From: Pelagibacterales bacterium SAG-MED15
GTDB taxonomy: Bacteria; Pseudomonadota; Alphaproteobacteria; Pelagibacterales; Pelagibacteraceae
Length of the DNA stretch: 64,000 bases
Direction of reading: 5' to 3'
NCBI GenBank assembly: GCA_014654065.1
Contig: JACWDM010000004.1
Coordinates: 31,080 to 95,079, forward strand
Of this stretch, positions 18,390 to 27,489 are shown piece by piece; within the stretch, counting starts at the first letter, position 1; every line of letters starts with the position of its first letter. Below the pieces are notes generated by a model that saw nothing but the letters and a program-made list of their open reading frames with translations, made no database searches and was not told the DNA's origin. Both the position numbers and the translations under genes were made by a program.

Positions 18390-19175
18390 ATGGATAAATC
18401 GCTTAGAAATAAAAAAATTTTAATATCAGCAGGTGCTTCAGGTATTGGTTGGGTAACAGCAAAAATCTGTTTATCAAAAGGAGCAACTGTTTATATATGT
18501 GACATAGAGTCAAAGTATTTAAATAAAGTAAAAAAACATCCTCTTAATAATAAAAAATTATTTATTTATAACTGTGATGCCTCAAATGAACTAGATGTAA
18601 ATGAATTATTTAAAAAAATTTTAAAAAAAACTAAAAAGTTAGATTGTTTAATTAATAATGTTGGGGTTGCAGGACCAACAGGAACTATTGAAAAATTATC
18701 CTCTAAACACTGGGAAAATACCTTAAAAATAAATGTAATCAGTCATTTCTATTTTACTAAACTGGCAATTCCAATGTTAAAAAATAATAAAGGAGGTTCA
18801 ATTATTAATATGGCATCTGGAGCGGGTATAATGGGTTTTCCTCTTAGATCTCCTTATGCTGCAAGCAAATGGGCTGTAGTTGGAATTACTAAAACTTTAG
18901 CAATGGAGCTAGGGAAATTTAAAGTTAGAGTAAATGCTATATGTCCAGGAACTATAAAAGGTGATCGTATGGTTAGGGTAATAAGAGATAAGGCCAAATT
19001 TTTAAAAATTTCAAAAAAGTCTATTGAAAAAGAGTTTATATCTATGGCATCAATTAATAGTTGGGTTTATGAAGAAGATATAGGATACATGTGTAGCTTC
19101 TTAATATCTGATGATGCTAAAAGAATTTCTGGACAAATTATAGGTGTTGATGGTAACGCTACTAGACTAGATTAA
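18390..19175 (+). CDS. Short-chain dehydrogenase/reductase (SDR)
   Basis: GASGIGW cofactor motif, NNVGVAG, and the catalytic YAASKWAV (YxxxK). Confidence 0.85.
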   Translation: MDKSLRNKKILISAGASGIGWVTAKICLSKGATVYICDIESKYLNKVKKHPLNNKKLFIYNCDASNELDVNELFKKILKKTKKLDCLINNVGVAGPTGTIEKLSSKHWENTLKINVISHFYFTKLAIPMLKNNKGGSIINMASGAGIMGFPLRSPYAASKWAVVGITKTLAMELGKFKVRVNAICPGTIKGDRMVRVIRDKAKFLKISKKSIEKEFISMASINSWVYEEDIGYMCSFLISDDAKRISGQIIGVDGNATRLD

Positions 19176-20116
19176 TTTCTAATTTTCTTCTCATACTTTT
19201 TCCTTAGCTTTAATAAATCAACTAAATACTCGTCTCTTATATTAGAAATTTTTGCTACAGACTTTCCTTTTGATTGTTTTTTTGTTCCATCTACCAGCCG
19301 ATTTATTAGTTTCTTTGATAAGATTGGAGATTTTAATTTTGTCCATGGAAGTTTTAAAGCTGGTCCAAATTGTTCTAGCATATGTTTCATTCCAGCTTTT
19401 CCACCAGCTAAATGAAATGTTAAAAAGGTTCCCATCAAAGACCATCTTAAACCAGGACCATCTTCAATAGCTCTATCCAAATCCTCTGTGGTTGCATGAC
19501 CTTCATTAATAATATGTAACCCCTCTCTCCATAAAGCCTCTTGTAATCTATCTGATAAATAACCAGGCAACTCCTGTTTAACCATTATTGGATTCATTGA
19601 GATTGATTTATAAAATCTTTTAGCTTTATTTAAAATTGCTTTAGATGTTTTTTTTCCTGGCACAATTTCCAAAGCTGGCAATAAATAAACAGGATTAAAT
19701 GGGTGCCCTATAATTCCTCTTTGAGGATTCTTACATTTTGAATAAATTCTTGTAGGAAGCAATCCTGATGAGCTAGATGAAATAATGGTATTTTGTTTTG
19801 AATATTTTCCGATTTTACTAAGTAAATTAGTTTTCAAAGAATAATTTTCGGTTGCACATTCTTGGATAAAATCAGCGTTTTTCAAAGTTTCTTTTAAAGA
19901 TGTAAAATATTTAAAATTTTTTAAATTTAATTTTTTTTTATTAAAAAGTTTTTTTGTATAAGGCCAAGCTCTTTTAATCTCCTCTATTATTTTTTTTTTT
20001 GACTTGATATCTTTATCAAATGCATAAACAATTTTATTGTGTGCTAAAAGACGAATAATCCAACCTGTTCCGATTACGCCAGTTCCAATGACTGCAACAT
20101 TTTTTATATTAGACAT
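19172..20116 (-). CDS. 3-hydroxyacyl-CoA dehydrogenase-fold enzyme, probable L-carnitine dehydrogenase
   Basis: Rossmann motif VAVIGTGVIGTGW and about 314 aa. It is translationally coupled (TAATG) to an upstream BKACE gene, the arrangement of known carnitine dehydrogenase / dehydrocarnitine cleavage pairs. Confidence 0.7.
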   Translation of the reverse strand: MSNIKNVAVIGTGVIGTGWIIRLLAHNKIVYAFDKDIKSKKKIIEEIKRAWPYTKKLFNKKKLNLKNFKYFTSLKETLKNADFIQECATENYSLKTNLLSKIGKYSKQNTIISSSSSGLLPTRIYSKCKNPQRGIIGHPFNPVYLLPALEIVPGKKTSKAILNKAKRFYKSISMNPIMVKQELPGYLSDRLQEALWREGLHIINEGHATTEDLDRAIEDGPGLRWSLMGTFLTFHLAGGKAGMKHMLEQFGPALKLPWTKLKSPILSKKLINRLVDGTKKQSKGKSVAKISNIRDEYLVDLLKLRKKYEKKIRN

Positions 20117-21003
20117 TACTTGTGTTTAACAAGTTTTAATTTTTCTCTTGTTTCTGAAGGGGTCATAGTAGAATAACCCAATTCGTTTACTATTCTTATA
20201 GCTTTTTCTACTAGCTGAGCATTGGTTGCTAGCTTACCTTTTGATAGATATAAATTGTCTTCAAGCCCTACTCTTGGATTACCTCCCATTAAAACTGTTT
20301 GAGCAACAAATGGCATTTCATTTTTTGAAATTGCAAATCCAGACCAAACACCCTCCTTTGGCATTATGTCTTTCATTGCTTGCATTGCTAAAGTGGTAGC
20401 AGGCGCACCCCATGGAATTCCAAGGCACATTTGAAACATTGGAGGATCACTTAACAATCCTTCTTTATATAATTGCGCACCAAACCACATATTGCCTAAA
20501 TCAAAAGCTTCAATTTCTGGTTTGACTTTAATTTCCATTAGTTTTTTTGCAGCTTTTCTCAAATCATTGGGAGTATTAACTGTAATGACTGAACTATCTC
20601 CAAAGTTTAAAGTTCCTGCATCTAAAGTACAAATCTCAGGAAGAAATTGTTCAACGCTTGATATTCTTTCCATCACATTTGCCATATCTGTCATTGGTCC
20701 AAATTCTAGAGGATTGTTACCTTGACCAATATCAAGATCTCCACCCATGCCAGTTGTTAAATTTAAAATTACATCAGTCCCACTAGATCTAATTCTATCG
20801 ACTACCTCTTTATATAATTCTGGTCTTCTACTTGGAGTTCCATCTTTCTCTCTTACATGAATGTGCGCAATTGCAGCGCCAGCTTTTGCAGCCTCGATAG
20901 AGGCTTTTGCTATTTGTTCTGGAGTTTTAGGTAAATCTGGATGTTTACTAGCTGTATCACCAGAACCAGTCACTGCACAAGTTACAAAAACTTTATTGTC
21001 CAT
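20116..21003 (-). CDS. Beta-keto acid cleavage enzyme (BKACE, DUF849), probable 3-dehydrocarnitine cleavage enzyme
   Basis: N-terminal VFVTCAVTGSGDT...PDLPKTPEQIAKASIEAAKAGAAIAHIHVR is the canonical BKACE start. 295 aa. Confidence 0.85.
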   Translation of the reverse strand: MDNKVFVTCAVTGSGDTASKHPDLPKTPEQIAKASIEAAKAGAAIAHIHVREKDGTPSRRPELYKEVVDRIRSSGTDVILNLTTGMGGDLDIGQGNNPLEFGPMTDMANVMERISSVEQFLPEICTLDAGTLNFGDSSVITVNTPNDLRKAAKKLMEIKVKPEIEAFDLGNMWFGAQLYKEGLLSDPPMFQMCLGIPWGAPATTLAMQAMKDIMPKEGVWSGFAISKNEMPFVAQTVLMGGNPRVGLEDNLYLSKGKLATNAQLVEKAIRIVNELGYSTMTPSETREKLKLVKHK

Positions 21004-21038
21004 ATTATTATAATCTAATATAATTCATTATTATTTAA

Positions 21039-21767
21039 ATGAAAATAACTGAATTACAAAAAGATTTAGCAGCTACATTCAGGTGGACTGCAAGATTAAA
21101 TATGAATGAAGGGGTTGCAAACCATTTTAGTGCGTGTGTGCCTGGTTCTTCTGGTGAATTTTACGTCAACAAGGCTGGTATTCATTTTAGTCAAATTAAA
21201 GCTAGCGATTTAATTTTAGTAACAAATGATAATATTGAAGATCTAAAAACTAAACCAGATGTTGTGGATGCTACAGCTATAAGTATTCATGGCACAATTC
21301 ATCAAAAAGTACCTCATGCAAAATGTATATTTCACGTACACTCAAAATATGCAACAGCCCTATCAACTCTAAAAGATCCTACCCTTCCTCCAATAGATCA
21401 AAATACAATGAGATTTTATAATAGGGTCTCTTTATACGATGAGTATGGTGGTATGGGTTTTGAAGAAGAGTCATTGAAGATGGCAGCAGCTTTAGGGAAT
21501 AAACAAAATTTATTAATGGCAAACCACGGAATTTTAACTACTGGTGAAACTATTTCAGATGGATTTGATGCCTTATATTATTTTGAAAGATCTGCTGAGA
21601 CTTATTTAACAGCTTTAGCAACTGGTAAGGAATTAAATATAGCGTCCCACGAGGTAGCAGAAAAAACTGCTCAAGAATGGTCTGATTATCCATCAGATAA
21701 TGGAAGAGCTCATTTAGATCAAATAAGATTGATTTTAGATAAAGAAGAACCCGATTATAAAAATTGA
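21039..21767 (+). CDS. Class II aldolase/adducin N-terminal domain protein
   Basis: 242 aa with His-rich metal-site blocks (IHGTIHQKVPHAKCIFHVHS, ANHGILTTG) typical of the class II aldolase/adducin fold. Confidence 0.75.
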   Translation: MKITELQKDLAATFRWTARLNMNEGVANHFSACVPGSSGEFYVNKAGIHFSQIKASDLILVTNDNIEDLKTKPDVVDATAISIHGTIHQKVPHAKCIFHVHSKYATALSTLKDPTLPPIDQNTMRFYNRVSLYDEYGGMGFEEESLKMAAALGNKQNLLMANHGILTTGETISDGFDALYYFERSAETYLTALATGKELNIASHEVAEKTAQEWSDYPSDNGRAHLDQIRLILDKEEPDYKN

Positions 21768-21768
21768 A

Positions 21769-22599
21769 ATGATTAAAACTAATTTACTATCAGGCGCATT
21801 AGGTGCAGAAATCACAGGTATAGACCTAAAAGATTCAACGACCGAAAATTGGAATAAAATTAATAATTTATTATTAGAACATAAAGCACTTTTTTTTAGA
21901 GACCAAGATATATCATCCGAAGAACAAATTAATTTAGCTAAACATTTTGGACCTCTAGAAAAACATATTTATGTAAAGGGAAGAGAAGAATATCCAGAAA
22001 TTTTGAGAATAATTAAAGAACCAGATGAAAAACATCAGTGGGGTGAAACTTGGCACACTGATGTTAGTTATAATCCAAAACCAACAAAGGTAATTATTTT
22101 AAGATCTTTAAAAATACCACCCGTAGGAGGCGATACAATGTTTTCTAATATGGAGATAGCTTATGAAACATTAGAAGACAAAATAAAAGATAAAATAAAA
22201 GATAAAAAAGCAGTTCATAGCTCTTTAGGTGCCGCTGCTTTTGTTGATGCCTACAATGCTATGGAGGGTAATGGTAACCTAAATGAATATTCAAATATAC
22301 ATCCTGTAGTTCGAACTCATCCTGAAACTGGAAAAAAAATATTATATGTAAATTCAATGTATACAAAAAGAATTTTAGATATGGAAGAGAATGAAAGTGA
22401 TGAAATTTTGGATAAAATTTTTAGACACCAAGAGAGATTGGATTTTACATGTAGATTTAAATGGACTGAAAATGCTGTAGCAATTTGGGACAACAGAAGT
22501 ACATTACATCAAGGACTAACGGACTTTTTTCCAGGTAGAGGCTTAGGACACGAAAGAGTGATGGACAGAATTGCTATAGAGGGTGATCACCCACAATAA
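21769..22599 (+). CDS. TauD/TfdA-family Fe(II)/2-oxoglutarate dioxygenase
   Basis: LGAEITGIDL start, the WHTDVSY (HxD) motif, VHS..., and C-terminal WDNRSTLH. Confidence 0.85.
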   Translation: MIKTNLLSGALGAEITGIDLKDSTTENWNKINNLLLEHKALFFRDQDISSEEQINLAKHFGPLEKHIYVKGREEYPEILRIIKEPDEKHQWGETWHTDVSYNPKPTKVIILRSLKIPPVGGDTMFSNMEIAYETLEDKIKDKIKDKKAVHSSLGAAAFVDAYNAMEGNGNLNEYSNIHPVVRTHPETGKKILYVNSMYTKRILDMEENESDEILDKIFRHQERLDFTCRFKWTENAVAIWDNRSTLHQGLTDFFPGRGLGHERVMDRIAIEGDHPQ

Positions 22600-24193
22600 G
22601 AGTATTACTTTGAAATTTGATTATTTAATTATTGGAGCAGGAACAGCTGGATGTGTTTTGGCTAACAGATTGTCAGAAAAAATTCAAAATAATGTTGCTA
22701 TTTTCGAAGCTGGCAAAAAAAGTGACATTTGGAAAGTAAACATGCCACTTGCTATTCTTTATGCAATGCATGATCCAAAATATAATTATAAGTATTATTC
22801 TGAACCTGAGCCATATTTAAATAATAGAAGATTATTTTGCCCAAGAGGTAAGATGATTGGAGGATGTTCTGCTCACAATGGTATGGTTTATGTAAGAGGT
22901 AATAAAAATGATTATGACAGGTGGGCATCATTTGGTCTTAAAGACTGGAGTTATGAAAAAGTTTTACCTTTTTTTAAAAAAATAGAAACATGGTCTGGTG
23001 GGGAAAATAAATATAGAGGTGGAGATGGCATACTTCCAATTAATCAATCAAAAAATAAAAATCCATTATTTAAAGCATTTCTGAATTCTGCAAAAGAAGC
23101 AGGATATAAAATTAATAACGATATGAATGGCGAAAACCAAGAGGGATTTGGTATGTATGATGTTACCATTCATGAGGGTGAAAGAGCAAGTGCATCAAAA
23201 TATTATTTAAATTCAGTAAAAAATAGAAAAAATTTAAATATATTTACTGAGTCTTTTGTTGAAAAAATAATTTTTGATGGAAGGAAAGCAATTGGAATTG
23301 AAGTTAAGATAAAAAACAAAGTTAAAAAAATTTATGCTAATAAAGAAGTTATTCTTAGTGGAGGATCGATAAATTCACCACAATTGTTAATGGTATCAGG
23401 TGTAGGTCCAGGTACACATTTAAAAGATAAAGGAATTGAAACTATTCATAATATAGATGGAGTTGGTAAAAATCTTCAAGATCATCTTGAAACATACATA
23501 CAACAAGAATGCAAAACTCCAGATACTCTATACACCTATGTAAATAAATTTAATATGATTAAAGCAGGTATACAATGGTTTGTGAATAAAAGTGGTCCCT
23601 GTTCTACTTCATTCTTAGAGGCTGGTGGTTTTTGTAAATCTTCTTCAGATAAAGAATATCCAAATATACAATTTCATTTTTTTCCTGCTTTTGTAATAGA
23701 TCATGGAAAAGTTGATCCAGATAGACATGGATATCAGCTGCATGCAAGTTTGAATCAACCAAAAAGTAGAGGTCATATAACTTTAAATAGCTCTAACCCA
23801 TATGATTATCCCAAAATACAATTTAATTATTTAGAGAACGAATACGATCTTAATGAGACAGTAAAATGTATTCACGTTGCTAGAAAAATATTAAGTCAAA
23901 ACTCAATGAAGCCTTATGCGGGAAAAGAAATCGGACCTGGAGAAAATGCTAATGATAATAAACAAATAGAGAGTTATATAAGATCAAAAGCAGAAACAGC
24001 TTACCATCCATCATGCACATTAAAAATGGGTACTGACAATACAGCTGTTGTTGACGAAAAATTAAAAGTTCACGGTTTACAAAATATTAGAGTCGCTGAT
24101 GCTTCTGTTATGCCAGAGATCACAAGTGGTAATTTAAATGCTCCAACTTTAATGATAGCTGAGCGTGCAGCAGATTTTATTATTAATTCTTGA
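22583..24193 (+). CDS. GMC-family FAD oxidoreductase, choline dehydrogenase-like
   Basis: FDYLIIGAGTAGCVLANRLSE FAD motif, GGSINSPQLLMVSGVGP, and C-terminal YHPSCTLKMG and ADASVMP. The track start GTG 22583 overlaps the upstream gene by 17 nt. TTG 22610 (MKFDYLIIGAG) is an equally plausible start. Confidence 0.85.
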   Translation: MITHNKSITLKFDYLIIGAGTAGCVLANRLSEKIQNNVAIFEAGKKSDIWKVNMPLAILYAMHDPKYNYKYYSEPEPYLNNRRLFCPRGKMIGGCSAHNGMVYVRGNKNDYDRWASFGLKDWSYEKVLPFFKKIETWSGGENKYRGGDGILPINQSKNKNPLFKAFLNSAKEAGYKINNDMNGENQEGFGMYDVTIHEGERASASKYYLNSVKNRKNLNIFTESFVEKIIFDGRKAIGIEVKIKNKVKKIYANKEVILSGGSINSPQLLMVSGVGPGTHLKDKGIETIHNIDGVGKNLQDHLETYIQQECKTPDTLYTYVNKFNMIKAGIQWFVNKSGPCSTSFLEAGGFCKSSSDKEYPNIQFHFFPAFVIDHGKVDPDRHGYQLHASLNQPKSRGHITLNSSNPYDYPKIQFNYLENEYDLNETVKCIHVARKILSQNSMKPYAGKEIGPGENANDNKQIESYIRSKAETAYHPSCTLKMGTDNTAVVDEKLKVHGLQNIRVADASVMPEITSGNLNAPTLMIAERAADFIINS

Positions 24194-24212
24194 TTGTTAA
24201 ATTTAGTTTAGA

Positions 24213-24746
24213 CTAAGAATTATTTTCAGTATCTTCAGCAACCTGATCTTTTGGTTGCTCTTCAGCCTCCGTTACTTGATCTAAAGATATATCTTCATTT
24301 TCTGTAGTTTCACTTTGCTCTGTCTCTACATTCACTTCTGGTTGAGCTCCACCAGATATTTCAGCCAAATCATCTTTTGAAACCTGAATTTTTTCTGGAA
24401 TTTTTCTTGCTCTTTTTGACGGAAGTATTGGAGCGCCACTTTTTGAAATTTCACCTTTATACAAATTTTCAAAATCATCACCTACATCCTCGTCTTCTAA
24501 AGAGGTATCATCGACTTGCTCTACATGCTTTCTCAGTTTATAGACTGCGCTATCTTTTAAATCTGAAACTTTAATATTTTCGTTAGCAATTTCTCTAAGC
24601 GAAATTACTGTATTTTTGTCATCATCTATACTTACTGATGGTTCTACGCCTGAATTTAGTTGTGTAGTTCTTTCTTTTGCAACTAGAACTAATTCGTAGG
24701 GGCTTTCAACTTTATCAATACAATCTTCAACTGTTACTCTTGCCAT
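24213..24746 (-). CDS. rpoZ: DNA-directed RNA polymerase subunit omega with a long acidic C-terminal extension
   Basis: N-terminal MARVTVEDCIDKVESPYELVLVAKERTTQL is the canonical omega motif. The total length is 177 aa. Confidence 0.9.
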   Translation of the reverse strand: MARVTVEDCIDKVESPYELVLVAKERTTQLNSGVEPSVSIDDDKNTVISLREIANENIKVSDLKDSAVYKLRKHVEQVDDTSLEDEDVGDDFENLYKGEISKSGAPILPSKRARKIPEKIQVSKDDLAEISGGAQPEVNVETEQSETTENEDISLDQVTEAEEQPKDQVAEDTENNS

Positions 24747-24787
24747 GCGAGGTATTTATACTCATGAATAAAATAAATCAAGGTATT

Positions 24788-25999
24788 TTATTTTCTTATT
24801 TTAACCGGATTTAACTTAGTTCTTACTAAAAATAGCATTATCAATGCTGTAAATATATAAACACCAGATATCATTGCAATTTGTTCTATGGAGAAACCTT
24901 TATCTATCAAAATACCAAACAATGCTGTTCCAAAAGCTGTTGCAAAAACCATAAGAGCTGTAGTTAATGCTTTAATAGACCCTATATGTTTTACCCCATA
25001 AATTTCTGCCCAAGTAGAGGAACCCAATACGTTAGCTAAACCGTTTGATACACCAATTAGACCTAAAAATAAAAAAGATGTTAGTGGATGATTAAAGTAA
25101 ATAATTACAAATACTGATAATAATAATGGAATATTCATATATATTAAAATTTTTCTACTAGTAAATTTATCAATTAAAAAACCTGCTATAAAAAGAGTTA
25201 ACACAGAGAGAACCGAGTAAACCATAAAAGATTGAGCTATCACATATGGCCCCCATCCTTTTGAGGTTAAAATAAATGATTGATAAACAAAAGTTCCTGT
25301 TGCAATCCAAGGCATTGCTAACATATTTGCACATAATATATAAAATCTATAATCTTTTAAAACTTCTATTCTTTTCCAGTTTTTAATAATTATTTTTTTC
25401 GAATTTCTATTATCTTGTTCTCTAGACTCAAAATTCAAATTTTTTAATAAAATAAATGATACAATAGGTAATAATAAAATAATTAGTATAGAGATATATA
25501 TCCAAATATTTCTCCAATCATAAACTGTTAAAAGATAAATTATTAAAACTGGTAATATAAATTCAGCGGTTGATAATCCAAACCAACTTGTACTTAAAGC
25601 TTTACCTCTTGACTTTGTAAAGTATCTTGAAATTGTAGTGGTTGCAGTATGTGACATCATTCCCTGACCCGAAAATCTCATCAGAAAAATAGCGATAAAT
25701 AAAATTGTAATGGATGATATTTTGGAAAAGAAAAAACAAGATAATGATAGCAAAATAATTACCAAAAAAGCAAATTTAAAAATATTTATATCATCTATTT
25801 TTTTTCCAACCCAAATTAAAACAAAACTACTAAGAAGTGTTGCTGATGCATAAATTGTGCCAAATTGTCCATGTGAGATAGAAAGTGCTTCACGTATACT
25901 TGAGTTAAATAACCCAAGAAAATAACTCTGTCCAAAACTAGAAAAAAATGTAAAAATAAATCCAAATAAAATTACTTTTAAACTTAAACTTTTAAACAT
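24788..25999 (-). CDS. MFS transporter
   Basis: 403 aa with about 12 TM segments and a central Lys/Arg-rich loop. Confidence 0.75.
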   Translation of the reverse strand: MFKSLSLKVILFGFIFTFFSSFGQSYFLGLFNSSIREALSISHGQFGTIYASATLLSSFVLIWVGKKIDDINIFKFAFLVIILLSLSCFFFSKISSITILFIAIFLMRFSGQGMMSHTATTTISRYFTKSRGKALSTSWFGLSTAEFILPVLIIYLLTVYDWRNIWIYISILIILLLPIVSFILLKNLNFESREQDNRNSKKIIIKNWKRIEVLKDYRFYILCANMLAMPWIATGTFVYQSFILTSKGWGPYVIAQSFMVYSVLSVLTLFIAGFLIDKFTSRKILIYMNIPLLLSVFVIIYFNHPLTSFLFLGLIGVSNGLANVLGSSTWAEIYGVKHIGSIKALTTALMVFATAFGTALFGILIDKGFSIEQIAMISGVYIFTALIMLFLVRTKLNPVKIRK

Positions 26000-26010
26000 A
26001 TAAAAAAATT

Positions 26011-26880
26011 ATGAGTTGTAATGTTGCTTTCATAGGTCTTGGTGTAATGGGTTATCCAATGGCAGGATATATATCAAAAGGTGGTCACAATGTAACTGTT
26101 TTTAATAGAACTAAATCAAAAGCAGAAAAGTGGGTAAATGAATATAAAGGTAAAATGGCAGAAACGCCTGCAGAAGCTGCTAAGGATGCTGAATATATTT
26201 TTACCTGCGTCGGTAATGATAATGATTTAAGAGAAGTAACCTTTGGCGAATCTGGGGCCTTTAAAACAATTAAAAAAGGATCTGTTTATATTGATAACAC
26301 GACAGCTTCAGCAACAATTGCAAGAGAGATATATGCACACGCTAAAAAGAATGGCTTTGGTGCATTGGATGCACCTGTCTCAGGTGGTCAAACTGGTGCA
26401 GAAAATGGTGCACTTACAGTTATGATTGGTGGTGATCAAGTAGATTTTGATAAAGCAAAAGATAAAATTGATTGTTACAGCAAAAAAATGAAATTACTTG
26501 GTGGTGCTGGAAATGGTCAGCTCGCAAAAATGGTTAATCAAATTTGTATTGCTGGTTTAGTCCAAGGTTTATCCGAAGCAATAAATTTTGGTATGAAAGC
26601 TGGTCTTAACATGGAAGATGTAATTGAGGTTATTTCTAAAGGTGCCGCACAATCTTGGCAAATGGAAAATAGATATAAAACAATGATTGATGATAAATTT
26701 GATTTTGGTTTTGCTGTTGATTGGATGAGAAAAGATCTTAAAATTGCAATGGATGAAGCGAAAAACAATGGCTCTTTATTACCTGTTACAGAACTAGTTG
26801 ATAGATATTATGGCGAAGTTCAGGAAATGGGTGGAAACCGATGGGACACATCCAGTTTAATTAAAAGGTTTAGAAAGTAA
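26011..26880 (+). CDS. 3-hydroxyisobutyrate dehydrogenase-family NAD(P) oxidoreductase
   Basis: VAFIGLGVMGYPMAGY dinucleotide motif, DAPVSGG, and GNGQLAKMVNQ blocks. Confidence 0.85.
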   Translation: MSCNVAFIGLGVMGYPMAGYISKGGHNVTVFNRTKSKAEKWVNEYKGKMAETPAEAAKDAEYIFTCVGNDNDLREVTFGESGAFKTIKKGSVYIDNTTASATIAREIYAHAKKNGFGALDAPVSGGQTGAENGALTVMIGGDQVDFDKAKDKIDCYSKKMKLLGGAGNGQLAKMVNQICIAGLVQGLSEAINFGMKAGLNMEDVIEVISKGAAQSWQMENRYKTMIDDKFDFGFAVDWMRKDLKIAMDEAKNNGSLLPVTELVDRYYGEVQEMGGNRWDTSSLIKRFRK

Positions 26881-26886
26881 TAGAGT

Positions 26887-27486
26887 ATGCAGCCAGCATA
26901 CTATGAAAATTTAGAAGAAATTCAAAATAAGTTTTGGTCTATGCTAGAGGACGCTGTGACTAATAGAGGTTCTCCTTTCAGAATTCCTGTTTTTATTTGT
27001 GCTCATCAAGATGAGGTTGATGGCAGAATTGTTGTTTTGCGTAAGTCAGACAGATCAAGTAATCTATTACAATTTCACACTGATTTAAGGTCTCCAAAAG
27101 TAGATATTCTTAAAAAAAATAAAAATGCCTCTTTAGTTTTTTACGATAAAGAAGAAAAGATACAATTAAGAGTGAAAGTAAAATGTGAAGTTAACAATCA
27201 AAATTCTATAACGGAGGAGTCTTGGAAGAAAACACAACATATAAGTAGACGTTGTTACTTAACTGACAGCCCTCCTGGAACTACCTCAGAAAATCCAACT
27301 TCTGGAATGATATCTAAATTAGAAGATTTTGATTACACAATGGAACAAAGTGAAGAAGGTTATAGAAATTTTACTGTAATTAAATGTAAAATTAAAACTA
27401 TTGAATGGCTATATCTTGCAGCTAAAGGACATCGAAGGGCAAAGTTTGATCTAGAAACCAATAAAAATTCTTGGTTAGTTCCCTAA
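26887..27486 (+). CDS. Pyridoxamine 5'-phosphate oxidase-like FMN-binding protein
   Basis: 199 aa with a split-barrel-like pattern (RIVVLRK...LQFHTDLRSPK...SLVFYD...IQLRV). The assignment is by general resemblance only. Confidence 0.5.
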   Translation: MQPAYYENLEEIQNKFWSMLEDAVTNRGSPFRIPVFICAHQDEVDGRIVVLRKSDRSSNLLQFHTDLRSPKVDILKKNKNASLVFYDKEEKIQLRVKVKCEVNNQNSITEESWKKTQHISRRCYLTDSPPGTTSENPTSGMISKLEDFDYTMEQSEEGYRNFTVIKCKIKTIEWLYLAAKGHRRAKFDLETNKNSWLVP

Positions 27487-27489
27487 TTT

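Noticed and set aside
22180-22203. A perfect 2 x 12-nt tandem repeat (aaaataaaagat) inside the TauD-like gene, encoding KIKDKIKD.
   Set aside because: It is in frame, tiny and low complexity. It is most simply a slippage duplication in a surface loop with no regulatory meaning.
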